Source: Paraspadella gotoi
Taxonomy: Eukaryota; Animalia; Chaetognatha
Direction of reading: 5' to 3'
DNA length: 64,000 nt
Assembly: GCA_051294375.1 (NCBI GenBank)
Contig: JBJCIZ010000028.1
Span: 1,363,576-1,427,575 of the forward strand
The notes beneath the pieces were generated by a model. That model saw only the letters and a list, made by a program, of their open reading frames with translations. It ran no database searches and had not been told where the DNA came from. This document shows positions 33,495 to 44,963 of this stretch, piece by piece. The translations under genes and the position numbers were made by a program. Every line of letters starts with the position of its first letter. Position 1 is the first letter of the stretch.

Positions 33495-36105
33495 TTTTTG
33501 GGGTCTCCTTTCTCATCTGCGCTTATGGATGTATAGTCAATTACAAACATTTATACTATTCTCGCTCGATTATGTGACAAAAATTATCGCAAAAATGTTC
33601 TTCTTCGTGGAAAAGGTTATTCCGAAAGTTTGGGGTGAAAAGCCAAAGACGGTGGGATGCACGATATTGGACAGTTCAAGTGGTATTTGTATTTTTGTCA
33701 ATACTATCATGTACTATTTTAAAATATGCTCAGTCTAGTCTATTGGCAAAATAAATTCTTTGTTATAATACAGAAATGGCATTTTTATCTGTCATGGACT
33801 CTTTTTAACGAGAAGTAACAATTATTTTTAGTCGTCTTTTTTTTTCGCCTGGAAGCGAATTTTATTTTTATTCAATAAACTGTACTCGTAGAAGTAAATT
33901 TAATTTTTTCTCATTTTCTTCAAAATAGCGAAAGATTTGTATTTTTTTCTTATTAGTAGACTGTATTCAAACACTGGTTTTTCCAGAAATCGATAACTAT
34001 GGAATAAAATTGTGTAAAATCTAAGACGTTTTATCGTTCATGAGGAATTGAGAGGATGAAATATTATATAAAATAAAGTAAAATATAAAATAAATATGAT
34101 ATAAAAAAATGAGTTTTTCGTTTACTCAGCTTTCGTGCAGTTTATGTTGCATTCAACAACATGCTAAGAATTACGTCTTGTATCGCACGTTTTGTAAGGT
34201 CAAGTGGCCAAGAATATAACTACAGGGTTCAAAAAAACCGAATTAATCAGTCGTTTTTCCCTCGAATATGACAAAAAGGATGCGTCATTAAGCCATTAAC
34301 AAAGCCATATAAACAAACTGTTGAGGCGACTTACCACCGGTCTCTCTCTAAACTCTTCCTCTCTCCTCTTTCTCCGAGCCGGTCAATCCACACGGTCACT
34401 TTGCCCTATCTTTGGCAATGACCTTAGATTGACCGGACACATCAATAGGGACGAGGAGACTGTAAGGTCAAGTTGGTTCGGGCGATGATAAAAGTGGATC
34501 AGGAGAGATTTGATTTGATTTGAATAAATTCTATTGCATCTGGAATGTACAGACACTCCTTAAGGCGACATTAAAATAAACAGTTTGATACAAAAAGGTG
34601 TTTTCAAGCCAGCGCCGGATGGATTCGGCGTCGACTCCAAACACGACGATCGATTGACCGTCACTGTCTCGTCCTTTGAAGGTGGCGCCGACGGAGACGC
34701 TTTGGCGAGGCGCTCGGGGTCTGCTTGGAGGAGATATTCCAAGTTCTGGAAGGAAGAGATTTTCGGAATATATGAGATGCATATTCAAAATTATTTACGT
34801 AATAAATGCAACTGATTTTGGATTAAATAAGAATAATAATAATAATAATGATTTTGATAATCGGGATTTACATTAAATGCTACTGGTGCTCATCTTCTCT
34901 CATTTTTCTCATGATACAATAAAATCATTTTTTTCCCTTTTATATCTTAGTTAAACCATTTCTCAGCCCTGCAGATGCAATGGCGCTCAGTTTTCTGGAT
35001 TTGAAAATTAATTACAATGAGTTACAATTTGGGAAACAAATCTCTTGTCATTTTAAAAATGTTTTTAACTTTGAAACCGGCTGAGCTTTAGAACTTTTTT
35101 CGACATTACTCATTTTAAACAAACAAAAAAAAAGTTCTTGTAAGAAATTAAAATTTGAAAACACCGTTTCATATTTGTTGTATGAACGGTGCTGATCATT
35201 ATTTAGTATATGATTTTTTATTCGACATTGCTAGTACCGTAATATGTATGTGTAAAGAAATGTTAAGAAATTGTCTGGAAAGAATCTGGCATTTACAGTG
35301 TAGTCAGAGGACAGCTGGAGGGCAAAATATATTGAGCTTACACTAATCTGTCAGGTTATTGCTTAATTGTGATATGATAATTATCTGTCGTGATATTTTT
35401 CGTGATCAATTAGTATGTAAGACTTAATTACAATCGCCTGTTCAACGAATGTCGTATTTAAGTATAGGATAACTGGAATTTTTTATCTCATAATTTTAGG
35501 TCACTATAGTCTTGCCAAAGGTTCGTAAATAATAAGATTGTCTTTGCCTTTGGAGAGAATAACATTCTAACAAGATCTGAATTGTTAATTGATCAAAATT
35601 CTAGAAAGAATTAATAAAAAAAACAAAAAACTAACAAACAAAAAAAGGCGTTTATAGATTGAGTCGAGTAATCATCAACAATATCGCACTGTAGCTAATT
35701 TGTTAGAACGATAATCTTCGCTTATATTTTATTTATTTTCTTTTCTCTCTAAAAAATAAGTCGTTTTAAAAACTTGTTAATCTAATACAGTAATGCGTCG
35801 TTATCTACATTCCCTTTTTCCTTCGATCCCAGTTTCCCCTTGTATCAGGTTTTCCCTGTAAATTTTATTTTTTCCCTGCGTTTCACTCTGTACATCGGGT
35901 TATCTTAGCCTTTTGCCAGTAGCCACGTTCCGTCCCTTCTTTACCACCCTTCCCTTCCTAAAGTGAAAGAGAAAGGCACGATGCTCTTCTCACGAAACTG
36001 AATGGAAAAACACCACAAATAATAAAAGACCACATATAATAAAGGACCACAAAAAAATAGAAGCCACACACGCCGCCCACAAATCTATGGGGCGAGAGAT
36101 TCGCC

Positions 36106-39100
36106 ATGAGGTTTTTTTCTTTGGCTAAACTTTTCCTCCTCCTCGCTTCCCTGAATTCCTTCGATCCGGCGTCGGCGGATTTCGGCGTCGTTTCCGGCGT
36201 CGTCGTCGGCGGCGGCGCCGCTATTATCGGCGGAATATGGAAGAGGAACGTCATCAAGGTAAAAAAGCCAGGAAGTGTCGATGACTTGAATTTAATTGAG
36301 TAGTTCGCCTATCATTGATATCAAAGTAGTAAGTGTTACCAATTGTAAGAAGTTTTATTTATACAGTTATTTTCGCGAATTGAACTCAAAACTATGCCGC
36401 TATGCCGACAAAAATAGTCAGATAGAACCTTAAACCAATCTGCTAATTTCCCTCATCTCCCACGTCTAAGCGCCAATCATCTCTTATCCCATTCACACCC
36501 CCCCCCCAACACTCCTCCACTCTTCCACAGTGCTCTTTTTTCGAATGCTGCGATCATCCCAACTGGCACCTGAAGAACTTAACTGGGCTGAAGGCGGCCT
36601 TTGGGGCGCAACTGTACGGGCAACACCTCGTCGCCAAGACGGTCTTCGATGCCCTGAGATCTCATCTCTCCAAGACTCGGGACAATCCCCCTTCGCATCC
36701 TCTGGGTAATGGGTATGGAATTTCTATCGCATCAATTCATTGATTGATTGATTAATTGATGAAATCATTTAATAGCGAAAATTATAATATTATTGCTCTT
36801 GAATGTCATACTACTTACTAACAACTACATACTTAAATGGTTAAAAGGAAAAATAAAATGAATAATTTTCTACATATATTTCGACACACGTTCTTTTGTC
36901 ATCTAAAGTTGACATAGCAAAAAAACACTTGTCCCATTATTCATATTCATTTTAATTTTTGGGAATGCAGTGTCAACAGTCAATAGTCAACAGTCGCTTG
37001 AAACAAGTTTTATTCACGCCGACGCCGGATTATTAGTTTATTAGTTCGATAATGAGAATTCTCTCTCCCTCCCTCTCTTCCTCTTCCCCACACAACCCCA
37101 AAGTTCTTTCCTTTCACGGTTGGACAGGATGTGGAAAGAACCACGTGAGCAAAATGATTGCGCAGCATCTTTTCAAAGAAGGACTCAAGAGTAAATATGT
37201 TGTCCAGTTCATTTCCACGCTACACTTTTCAAAGTGTTTGATAAGTAAGTCCACTTTGATAAAATTAATATTCCCCTAAAAGCTTTACTTTATCAAATTA
37301 AGACGTACAGATTGATCGAAAATAATCAATCCGTACAACTACGTATTATTTTTTGTGACGCTAGTTGGTAAAATGTTTTAAAATTTTGGAATCTCCGTAC
37401 CTTCATAAATTCATTTCCGCTGATCAGACGAACAGACGGAGCATAACGCCCTACTCCCCCCCAAATACCCCCTCCCAATGAAGATTCTTGCGCGGACGAG
37501 TCCCAATTGGCCGAGTACCGCGCATTCATCCAATCCCAGTCACGGAATGTCAGCACGCCCTCTTCATCTTCGACGAGACGGACAAGATGCCCGTCGGTCT
37601 CGTCGGAACCGTCGCCGCCTTTCTCGATCACCGCGACGCCGTCGACGGCGTCGACTTTAGATTCGCCGTCTTTCTCTTCCTTAGCAACGCCGGAGGCAGC
37701 GCCGTTGCTAAGAGAGCATTCGAGTTTTATAGGTGTTTAAAGAATCTGAGGGCTTGGGAGTTTGCCTTATTTCTATAACCTTCATAGAATATTTGGATGT
37801 CCAGTCCAATTTTTTTTTTTTCATTTTCAAATTGTCTTCATTATCTTCTCCTCTCTCCCCAAATTCTTGGTCGTCGACCTTACCTTACCTTACTTCCCAG
37901 ACTCGGCCGGCCTCGAGAGGAACTTACCCTCCGCGATCTCGAAGGCGCCATCGGCCTCTCAGTCTTCAACTCGGGCGAAGGAGGACTCAAACAAAGTTCG
38001 CTCATCGACCACAACCTCATCGATCACTTTGTCCCCTTTCTGCCGTTGGAGAGGAAACACGTCGAGTTATGCGTTAGGGATTATTTGGCGTGAGTGGCTA
38101 ATCAATTACGATGGTCGATGATTGAGTTAGGATTGCGCTTTTCTTGAAGGGTGGAGTTGGTTTCATTGCTGAATCCGATGATAATTATTTTCTTGCTGAG
38201 GGAGGAAAGCGGACCATGTTGTCAAATAAAATAAGAAAAGTTTGCCGAGTCATCGCCTGCACTGTTCAATTATTGATTGAGAAACAAGTGAAGTATTTTT
38301 TAGTGGGATCTGCAGATCCCGACTCTATAATTCACTTTGTCGGTCCGGCGGTCCGCCTCCTCACTTATATCGGGCATTCACTTATATCATGTCAGAACAT
38401 CGAATTATGATAAATTAATGCACAAAAATGATTCTCGTACCGATTTTAGGATTACTAACATAAATAATAGAATTTACTAATACTGTTATGCAAAAAAAAG
38501 TTTTCTATGGATGTCGCACTCTACCAGTAGTTGCTCTTTGTTCCAGATTTCCGTGTTGTCACAAGAAAGGACAAAAAGAAAAAACGGAAAAGCAGGATCC
38601 TTCCTGCTCTCCCCCTCACTGCTCTCCCCCTCTCAGATACTAGCTCAGCGAAGCGAACGCCACGAAAATCACTTTTTTGTTCACGACTTGTCGTTCCAAC
38701 GAGTTTGATTATTTTTTTGAAAATTTTGAAATTTTTTCTGGCCAATTTATTTTTTTGGAAATATTTGATTATCCATTTTTTTTCCCTTTCCGAGATTTGT
38801 TTCGAATTCAGTTGTTAATCTGCGAGGTCGTTTCGGTTTTTTTTGTCAAGATGTCGCGAGTCTCGCAAAAAAGCACCGAAAATCGAGCCCGCGTACAAGC
38901 GAGCGAGCGGGCCCCCCGAAAATTGGGTTCTGCACTCCGGAGCCGCCCGACCGTTTTAGGGGCCTGTCCCCCTCCTCCACCTCCCGTAACGGCCTCTGTC
39001 TCCCAGCGGGTGAACATAGCCGCTAGGGCGCCGCCGAGGTCCGCGACCTCGCTGGTCTTCCCTGCGGGCTCGAGGCCGGGCACCGACTCGCAAGGTGGTA

Positions 39101-42100
39101 GGGGAGAGGACGTGGTCATCTCGCCTACAAAGGACTCGGCCCTTAAGCGGTGAAACGAATCCATTGCATTATACAAGGAGGGTTCGCCTTCTTCAGCACC
39201 AGTGGGAGGAGTTTCAACGTTCCTTGCGCTCGGATAAGGCTTTCGTGGCAACGGTGGAGTTGAGTTCTCATTAATTTGGTGATTTTTGCCTTTTGCATAA
39301 CATTAGTGAAATTTTTCGATTATTTTCGCTCGCAGCAATTCGAACTTTGTCTTGTTTTTTGTTTATCCTCCGCCGCTCCTTGTTACTGGAGCAACTACGT
39401 TGGAGAAGGAGCGACATGACTAGAATCTTATCGGCTTCCACAATGGAACCAGGGATTCTTCATGGCCTCTCTCCACCACTGGTATCCCGCCGTCCACCCC
39501 TGGCAACCACCGTGGTGCGAAGGCGGCTTCGGGGGTTTTTTGTCCTTTTTGGGTTGCGCTATCTAACTAATCTTTTCTTTTTCCTTTTCATGTACGATGT
39601 TCATGCACTGATTCACTTTTGTCTCCGCATCAACCTTCTACTGCTGCCTAAGATTCGTTTCCAGTGGATCAAGTCCGCGCTTCTGCGCAAAGACATAGCT
39701 AATCCCCGGCTCTTCCTAAGCCGGATGGAGTTGTTCCCCTCTCAATGCCATTGCCACACCGACGAGAATTCCATCTGGTTCGGAGGAAAGGCGAACTCTC
39801 TCCACTTTCTGATGCTCCAGTGGGATTTGAGACTTTTATCCCAACGCAAGACTGCATCAGTTCCTTCGGAGTTGGGTGTGTCAGCAATGGAAGAGCTGCG
39901 TTCTGTCAGTTCTTCCGGGACGCTCGCCAAGGTTGGGAGCCCGGTCAAACGCAAGATCTTTTATGCCCGATGGGTTGAATGGATCTTCCCCTGGCCTGTC
40001 TTTGGAACCCTCCCATGAAGATACTTGTGGTCTCTTGCACAATTTGATGCCGTCTCCAAAGGATCGCAAATCGCCTGCTCTTTTCAAGCCAGCTCACTCG
40101 CATCTATTGAAGAGATGCAGGGGGCCGTTGCTCCATTCTGTCCTTATTCCACTGCAGAAGGCCTCAAGTCTCATCATTGCGTCTCTCAAAGCTTATGGCC
40201 CGAACTTATTTTGGCTTGGAGAAATTGGCTGCTCCACTCAAGAATCAGCTTCAATTGATCGGTCACCTATATAATTAATTCAGCTTTGGCTGAATCTCGA
40301 CGTCTGGTAGTGCAGTCTTCTCCGAAGGAGCTTTAAAGCTACACGACGGATTCCCCCCTCCTTTCCTTGTGGATTTTTATTTTGGGAATCGTTCGACGGA
40401 GGTTTCTTCTGCGGCTTACCATTCCTCTCTTTTCAAGGCTCAAGCTTTCGCCCCAGAAAGTAAGCACGCTCCGCGGAAGAAGTTTGGCCTAAGTCCAGGG
40501 TTCCTACAAGCCCTTATTCGCAAGTCCGCGTCCTTTAGGCGTTCGTAGAAAGGGGGTGGAGCGGCGTCGAAGGACTCGCAAATGGACTATCCTTTGACGC
40601 CCTGGACGTTCCGCCTCGTCGGCCACTTTGGGACATCAAAGACCATGGATCGTCCCAGGACTCGTTTTGTCTCTCACGGCACGTCTTCCACACATCCCGG
40701 TGGGAGGACGCTGCAACATTTCGTCCCCGTTTTTGGGGCGGATTTGGCGACAGGATTTCTCCTATTCTACCTGATTTCCTCATTGCAGGAGCAAACAGGA
40801 TCCCCTACCAGGATGCCTCTCCCTTCGGAACGAGACCCCTTCTTTTGGGACAGGGACTCTCTCATCGACGACGGAGATAGCGGCAGCTTTAGAAAAGGGT
40901 GCCGTGAGGAGGTGGAACCTTCTCCGGTATTACTACCAAGATTTTTCTGTTCCCAAAAAGATGGGGGATGGAGGCCGATTTCTAAATTGAAGTCCTTCAT
41001 TGCCCTCCTTAACTTTCCGATGGAAAGGTTGTCAGATGTTCGGAAGATGGTTCTTCCGGGGGACTGGGCGTCGTCTATCGATCTTCGCGACGCCAATCTC
41101 CACTTGCCTCTATCATGTGGATCATCGCAAGTTTTGTCGTTCATTTGAGAGGACGCGTTTATCTACAGAAGTCCTTCCTTTCGTTTTGGCACGGTCCGGC
41201 TTTCAGCCAAGAACGTATCTATATCGCCCGTTAGTCGTATGTCCAGAGGTTGTCTATTCAAGGTGGCCTTTTCTACATAGACGATATTCTGATATGAGCA
41301 TCGAAGAGGAAGTGCTGGTGAACACTGCTCAACAGCTCTTCGACTCTTGAAGAGAGTTCATCTATCCATCCCAAGAGTCAGGTCCTGGTTCCGACGCAAG
41401 TCTTTCAGTTCTGGTCCCAATGGGACGGGGCGCTTCATCGAGTTGCGCTCCCTTTGGACGAAGATTTTGTCCTTCGCGAGAATGGCCGACTCTCTCACTG
41501 CTAAGAGCCCACTCATCACCTTCAGGTTCTTCGTCCTGTGGGTCTTGGCGACCGCAGCCTCGTTGGCAGTTCCCTGCTCATTTCGTTGCAGAGCGGCAAG
41601 GATTCAACGCGACGTCAATCGTGTCTACCGCACGGAGAAGGGCTCTGGGGAAGACATCCTTCTTTCGGAGGCGGCGAGAGTGGAGCTACGTTTGGGATGT
41701 CAAAGCTCGACGATCCAGGATTGCTTTGCTTCCGATCGCCGATGTTTCAACCCGGATTCTTGCACGGCGGAAGTGACGACGGATGGCCTCCCAGAGGGTT
41801 GGGGCCTTCCTGTTTCGCGGGCTCTTCACCGGGGGAATTTTGGGAAGTTGTGGATACCATCTCCATATAACTGTGAGGAATGTTTAGTTCCCTGCGTTTC
41901 CTTCGTCAGCAATCCAGGGCTTGCAATCTTTTGGTGGAAAGACCGACAGCTTAGTGTCTTCTGGTTTGTCTCCGCCGCTCTGCAGCCGCTACAGGATCCT
42001 TCACGAAGTGTCAGGGATTCTCTCCTCTGAGCTCAGTCTCTGCAGATCAACAATTGTGGGACGCACATTTCATTAGGAGGAGAATTGATCGCGGATGCAG

Positions 42101-44226
42101 CATCTCGCGGAAGAAGCACGTTCAGGATTGGCATCTCCTTCACCCAAGTTTTTTCGACGGATTTCGACGCGTCTGGGATTTTTGCCCCAGAAAGATCTGT
42201 TTGCGACGGCGCTCCTCCCGTCAAGTTCCTCGCTACTTTCTTGGAAATGGAGGAGGACTCTCTCGGTCTGGATGCCTCAGTCAAGTTTGGATTTTCGACA
42301 GGGCTTACGTGTTTCCCCCTCTCACCATTGATCCCGAAGTGATCCTCAAGTTTGAGGGAGCCCAGGGGGAAGTTTCTTCTGGCGACGCCCTTTTGGGCCA
42401 GCCCAGAAGTGGTTCCCGTTGTTGTTGACTCTTCACGGGTGTTGTGAGGTTCTTCCGTCTGCCCGTGGTCTCGTCGATTGTGTTGGACAAAGCCACGGAC
42501 GCTCCTCCCAAGCTTCTCCGGATCGCCTCAAGTTGGATCGCTGGAGGAATTAAGAGGCGCACGGTCTCCAAGACCTCAACAACTCAGCTTTTTCCTCATC
42601 TCCGACAGCATGAAGACTACGGATCCCGTTACGAAACAGGGTTCTGGCGATGTTTGCTCCTTCCTTCAGCGTAGGGGCCTTACGGGACATCAGGCCGCTT
42701 TGAAGACGTTCTCTGAGTATCTCGCCCCACTTCAGCGACGACGGTCTGTCCTATACAGCACAGTGAATTTGCCACAGATCGGCTATCTCCGCTACTAGAG
42801 CTCCGGGAGTTCTCCAGTGGGTCCCAAATCCTTTGGTCTGCCGTTTCATTTGGGTGTCTTCCAAAAACGCCCTCCTTCGCGCAAGGAATGTTTCCCGCTT
42901 TTGGAGTGTCGCCGCAGTTCTGCGAGTTTTTGATACTTCGCGCTCTAACCCTATTTCTCCGGCTTCATGTTTTATGAGGAGTACAATTTTCCTCCTTGCC
43001 ATGGCCTTCAAGAGGCCTTCAGAGTTGGCTTCGCTTCGTTGTGGACCTGGTCACATGGATTTGGCTGCTGACCACGTTCGTTTTGTGCCTCCTCAATTGT
43101 CCAAGACTGATAGTTTTCGTCGTCTTGGTCCTGCTTTTCGTTTGGATAGACTGCAATGGCTTCAAGTCGTTCGCCCAGTCTCGGCTTTTGGCTTTGCTTC
43201 GTGTTCGTCAGGAATTTGCGACCACAGCACGATTTTCTCTTCACTCCCATCGCCTCCTTATGTCCATTATCTCTCCAGCCGTTTTTCATCGATTCCAAGT
43301 CGATCTTAAGAGATGCCGGACATCAACGCGCCCCTGGCTCGACAACAAGCGCTATTGGCTGTGTCGAAAGCTTTTGCAAGGGCGTGATCTGGACGTCATT
43401 CTCTTACGTGCAGGGGATTGGACTGGAGCACAGACCTTCTTTTGCCTTTCCTACTGTCGGAGTCGCGTGGAGTCTCTCTCAGATGGGTCTTGTGGACGAG
43501 TGATTTCGTGGCGTTCGATTCGCTGAGCTAGTATCTGAGAGGAGGAGAGCAGGAGGGGAAGAGCAGGAGGATCCGCTTTTCCGTTTTTCTTTTTGTCCTT
43601 TCTGTGACAACACGACATCTGAACAAAAGAGCAACCGTGGTGGAGAGGAGCCATGAAGAATCCCGGTTCCATTTGGAACCAATAAATTATAAGGATTTAA
43701 AATTTGTTAATTATATGTCCATAGGCAGCAAAAAAATAATGTTCAATCGCTCAATCTTTTCATCACTCCACCCTATTGAGTAAAGCCATCGGCTCATGAC
43801 CACCAGGTACCGGGTTCAATCCCAACCCGGTACCTTTACCCTGTGAGAAGCGTGAGGACGGCCGTAAGCCGCCATGGGGGGCGTGAAAAAACCTCAAGCC
43901 TGGTTCCAAGCCCAGGACCCGTTCCATGGCTGCGAGAGGAAAGTCATCTTCAGCCCAATTAGCGCCTCATCCACATTTCTTGTCGTGAAATTCCCAGATC
44001 GAAACGGATCGTGTTCGGTTCTCTTCGCAAATCTCCGTCAGGCGACGACGTCCTCACTTTATTCCCTTCGAAAGAAAATCAATTCGTGTCCAAAGTGTTG
44101 GACGAACTCGACTTCGACTCGTACGAACTTTACTCCGTCTCAGGATGCAAACGAGTCTCCGCCAAGGTCGAGGCGCTCCTCCCCGACTTCGAGGAACATC
44201 TCGTCAACAGTCCCTGGCGTCTTTGA
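36106..44226 (+). CDS. Torsin-family AAA+ ATPase; exons approximately 36106-36258, 36531-36705, 37104-37244, 37484-37732, 37901-38088, 43998-44226; apparent 1-nt frameshift near 37539
   Basis: Signal and hydrophobic N-terminus, ECC, LYGQHLV, Walker A SFHGWTGCGKN, Walker B FIFDETDKM, FLSNAGG, IDHFVPFLPLERKHV and sensor-II SVSGCKRV. Confidence 0.9.
38498..43685 (+). mobile_element. Degenerate DIRS1-like tyrosine-recombinase retrotransposon in the last torsin intron
   Basis: Frameshifted RT (KDGGWRPI, WASSIDLRDANLHLP, FYIDDIL near 41270), RNase H (VTTDG.PEGWG), methyltransferase-like (DLFA, AYVFPP) and tyrosine recombinase (IFLLAMAFKRPSELASL, AGDWTGAQTF) fragments. Inverted terminal repeats at about 38530-38673 and 43499-43635, ICR at 39389-39483. 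Confidence 0.9.
39389..39483. repeat. Internal complementary region (ICR) of the DIRS element
   Basis: Its first half is the approximate reverse complement of the left end (38498-38536). Its second half is the approximate reverse complement of the right end (43636-43685). Confidence 0.85.
43778..43951 (+). mobile_element. tRNA-derived SINE-like fragment with a partial twister-like module
   Basis: Anticodon-like loop CTCATGA, B-box GGTTCAATCCC inside an 11-bp hairpin (43806-43834), then CCTGG-T-TCC-AAGC-CCAGG and a distal GA-GGA. Confidence 0.45.
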
Positions 44227-44963
44227 AGAGGGCGTTGGAGACTCTCTCTCTCTGATCTCTCTCTTCCAAGACGCGAGGGTCCGCGATCTTTTGGAGGGAA
44301 CAACTTTTTTCTTTGTTTGTTTTTTTGGTCGACTTTCTCAAGTGATTAGCGGATCCGAGTCTTGCCTTAAAAACTGATTAAAAAATACACTTGGGCCTTG
44401 GTTTGTTGTTTGTTATGTTTTGTCATCAGTCGAAGGGTAATGTTATCGTTGAATTTCCTGAAGTCTAGCTAAAGATAAATGTAATTTTATTTTTTCAATT
44501 TTTAAACAATTGTTAAGAAATAAATTAAGTTTTGATTCGATCTCGATACTGCGATGACCTTTTTAAATTAGATAAACTTTCCCCTCTCGTTTGTGATATT
44601 TAATTATTGTTTAATGCTTATTAAGCATCAAGTTGTTAACGTCACATTCCTGAGCGTTACCAATCATCTTGCTTTTCTTCTCTCTTTTCGTCGTTTTTAA
44701 TATTCTTTTTCTTTTTTTTTTTAGAGTCAGAAAAAAAAAATTCGCATCTGATCAAAGATGTGAAACTCAAAGAGGAGTTAATGGGAAGGGGGCCTCTGGA
44801 CCAGTCTGACCAGTCTGGACAATCCCCTTCGCCCCTTCATCCCAGAGTCCTCAGCTAAAAAAAAAATATTAAAATCCTTACCCGATTGCTTGGAACAAAC
44901 CCACAAGTGCCATGACCAAATAACAACAACAACAAAAAAAAACATTACCGAATTACCTTACCG

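Noticed and set aside
43778-43835. tRNA-Met gene
   Set aside because: Only the anticodon-like loop and B-box are present; no acceptor stem or D-arm forms a cloverleaf.
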